Shown: positions 52,955-54,663 of the stretch, piece after piece
Layout of the letters: each line of letters starts with the position of its first letter
How positions within the stretch are numbered: the first letter of the stretch is position 1
From: an uncultured beta proteobacterium
GTDB taxonomy: Bacteria; Pseudomonadota; Gammaproteobacteria; Burkholderiales; Burkholderiaceae_B
Direction: 5' to 3'
DNA length: 54,663 nucleotides
NCBI GenBank assembly: GCA_903924715.1
Contig: CAIYCP010000321.1
Coordinates: 1-54,663 of the forward strand
Made by a program: the position numbers and the translations under genes
Notes under the pieces: generated by a model
The model's database searches: none
Told to the model about the DNA's origin: nothing
What the model saw: the letters and a program-made list of their open reading frames with translations, nothing else

Positions 52955-54663
52955 CTACCTCGCTAAACTATTTTTGAATGGGTTTTCGGCAAAGGCGGCG
53001 TATATATAAACTTCTGAACTAGTATTTACACCGGCATTTGCTGAGCGAATTTTAAATCCGTTGGAAACAATATCTAAATAATTATCAGCAGATTGTTCTG
53101 TTCCAGACGAATTTGCATACAACGCATTAGTTGTAATGTTGTATGGGTCACGGGCAGTATCCCAAATGCGCCATTGAGATGCTGCACCAGTATCTTTAAA
53201 CATAATCCATCTAGGTCTAAACCCAAGGTACACAAACGGTCCATCAGCCGAACCATTCCCCGTGTAGCTACCAAATGCGCTGAATCCGGCTATGGGTGTC
53301 CAGCAGTAAGCAACGTAAGTATCGCTGCTTGAATTATTAACACCCCCCGCAATGCCTATAGAAAAAACAGATGACGTAGGCGATGTGTTATTCCAATAAA
53401 ACGAAGACACGCTTGTTGCGTTAGTTAAATCAAGAAATACAGCACCCGTATTGCCAATTGAAGAATGGTACACAACCCAATCCCCGACTGCATTTCGTCT
53501 TTTTACCGCAATAAATTGTGGCGTAACGCCCAATCCATGCCCAACAGTCGCATTAGCACCCGTACCTGTATACGTCACAACACTAAACCCAGCACTAGCA
53601 TTCACGCTCACAGTCGATGTGATTGAGCCGTTAGTGTTGGAAGATGATGAGCCTTGTCCTGCTTGCCATTGCCAACCAACATAGGTTTGACCGCTTCCTG
53701 CGTTGTTTATACTTGAATCAGCACTTGTGCCAAGCGTAAATCCGTTTGAGTTAAACGACATTACACCTTGAGTTTGCACCACTTCAGCAGCCGTAGCGTT
53801 TGATGCAAGTGCGATATTAGCTCCACGAACGCTATCAACTAAAACATGGTTATATGCGTTTGACCGTGATTTACCCCAGACCAAGTCAGGCTTGAAACCA
53901 GCCGCATTAACCACGTTAAGTGTTGCACCTGTACCTGACCACAGGTTCACATCCATCACCGTGTTGCCCTTGACGATGGTGCTTGTCGGCAAGTTGTATG
54001 TGTTCAGGGCTACAAAGCCTGTGGGGGGTGTGTAGGTAAATGGTTGTTGACCAAAGTTGACGTATACATCTAATGCTCTGGCTGCGCTTTGAATGGTTGC
54101 AGTCAGATTCTTACCCGCCAATGACGATGTTGCTGTACCTTGGCTTGTATTGTTTTTATAAAATACAAGAGTTCCTGCACCTAAATCTAATGCAACTCCG
54201 ATTACATCACCATTTGTATAAGTTGCGCCATAAGCAGTACCCGAACCCGCTAAATATTTATTACCGTTATTTGAGTAATATGTCCACGCATTTGCACCAC
54301 TCCATAATGCGCTTCCAATAGACACGGAGGCATCACACACGCCAATCATAAATGTGTCACCCGTAGAGCCACAAGTAACTTCCCAATAAAACTTTCCGCT
54401 TGTCGACGCAATAGTTGCCCGAATAGCCGCCGAACCAGATGCGCTTAAATAAGTGTAAAGGTTGCCATTTGAAATAGTAGTGACCGCAGATGTATCCAAC
54501 GGATTCAACACAGCAAAGTTAGCCGCCGTAGCACTCGTCAACGTAGGCACATCCGTCATGGAGTCATACGTCACACCAGCCGTGATGGAGATGTTGTTCG
54601 TAGTCCAGTAATTGCCATTGCCTGAGAAGTCTTTACCCAAGCCTACGTTAGATGATGTGGTCA
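52955..54663 (-). CDS. C-terminal part of LamG + SPRY tail protein (starts at 783 across the junction)
   Basis: SPRY: GKFYWEV..IGV..GDVIGVALDL..FYKN..NFGQ; FKPDLVWGKSR, YVAYCW, YLGFRPRWIMFK. Confidence 0.85.
   Translation of the reverse strand, partial: TTSSNVGLGKDFSGNGNYWTTNNISITAGVTYDSMTDVPTLTSATAANFAVLNPLDTSAVTTISNGNLYTYLSASGSAAIRATIASTSGKFYWEVTCGSTGDTFMIGVCDASVSIGSALWSGANAWTYYSNNGNKYLAGSGTAYGATYTNGDVIGVALDLGAGTLVFYKNNTSQGTATSSLAGKNLTATIQSAARALDVYVNFGQQPFTYTPPTGFVALNTYNLPTSTIVKGNTVMDVNLWSGTGATLNVVNAAGFKPDLVWGKSRSNAYNHVLVDSVRGANIALASNATAAEVVQTQGVMSFNSNGFTLGTSADSSINNAGSGQTYVGWQWQAGQGSSSSNTNGSITSTVSVNASAGFSVVTYTGTGANATVGHGLGVTPQFIAVKRRNAVGDWVVYHSSIGNTGAVFLDLTNATSVSSFYWNNTSPTSSVFSIGIAGGVNNSSSDTYVAYCWTPIAGFSAFGSYTGNGSADGPFVYLGFRPRWIMFKDTGAASQWRIWDTARDPYNITTNALYANSSGTEQSADNYLDIVSNGFKIRSANAGVNTSSEVYIYAAFAENPFKNSLAR
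54563..54663. repeat. Exact terminal direct repeat (copy 2)
   Basis: Identical to 1-101. Confidence 0.95.

Noticed and set aside
52955-54663. Diversity-generating retroelement targeting the tail tip
   Set aside because: No reverse transcriptase and no template/variable repeat pair differing at adenines was seen
1-54663. Alternative genetic code or stop-codon readthrough
   Set aside because: Core genes are intact under the standard code and all three stop codons terminate genes

Overview
The window is an apparently complete, circularly assembled tailed dsDNA phage genome. Bases 1-101 repeat exactly at 54563-54663, giving a unit length of about 54,562 bp, and a tail protein gene reads in frame across the junction. 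The minus strand carries packaging, head, tail and lysis genes: TerS, TerL, portal, GroES-like co-chaperonin, scaffold, major capsid protein, tail fibres, putative ejection proteins, GH108 endolysin, holin and an embedded Rz/Rz1 spanin pair. The spanins indicate a Gram-negative host. The centre carries a primase-helicase with a likely iteron origin, a Sak4-like ATPase/SSB/Cas4-like recombination module, an SF2 helicase, a VRR-NUC nuclease and a long run of small early genes. I recognise no integrase, DNA polymerase, tape-measure gene or tRNA, so a podovirus-like virion is inferred. The most unusual signals are: (1) a ~350-nt array of structured, partly repeated RNA elements upstream of groES; (2) a short hydrophobic-[AK]-x-G-G peptide motif shared by many unrelated head-region proteins, which also marks module boundaries in an apparent polyprotein; (3) a Trm1-like (DLDPYG) methyltransferase in the replication module; (4) a 955-aa protein between TerL and portal with a possible glycosylase-like core; (5) several repeated promoter and cassette-junction motifs. 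All family names are by-eye motif recognition; no database search was run.
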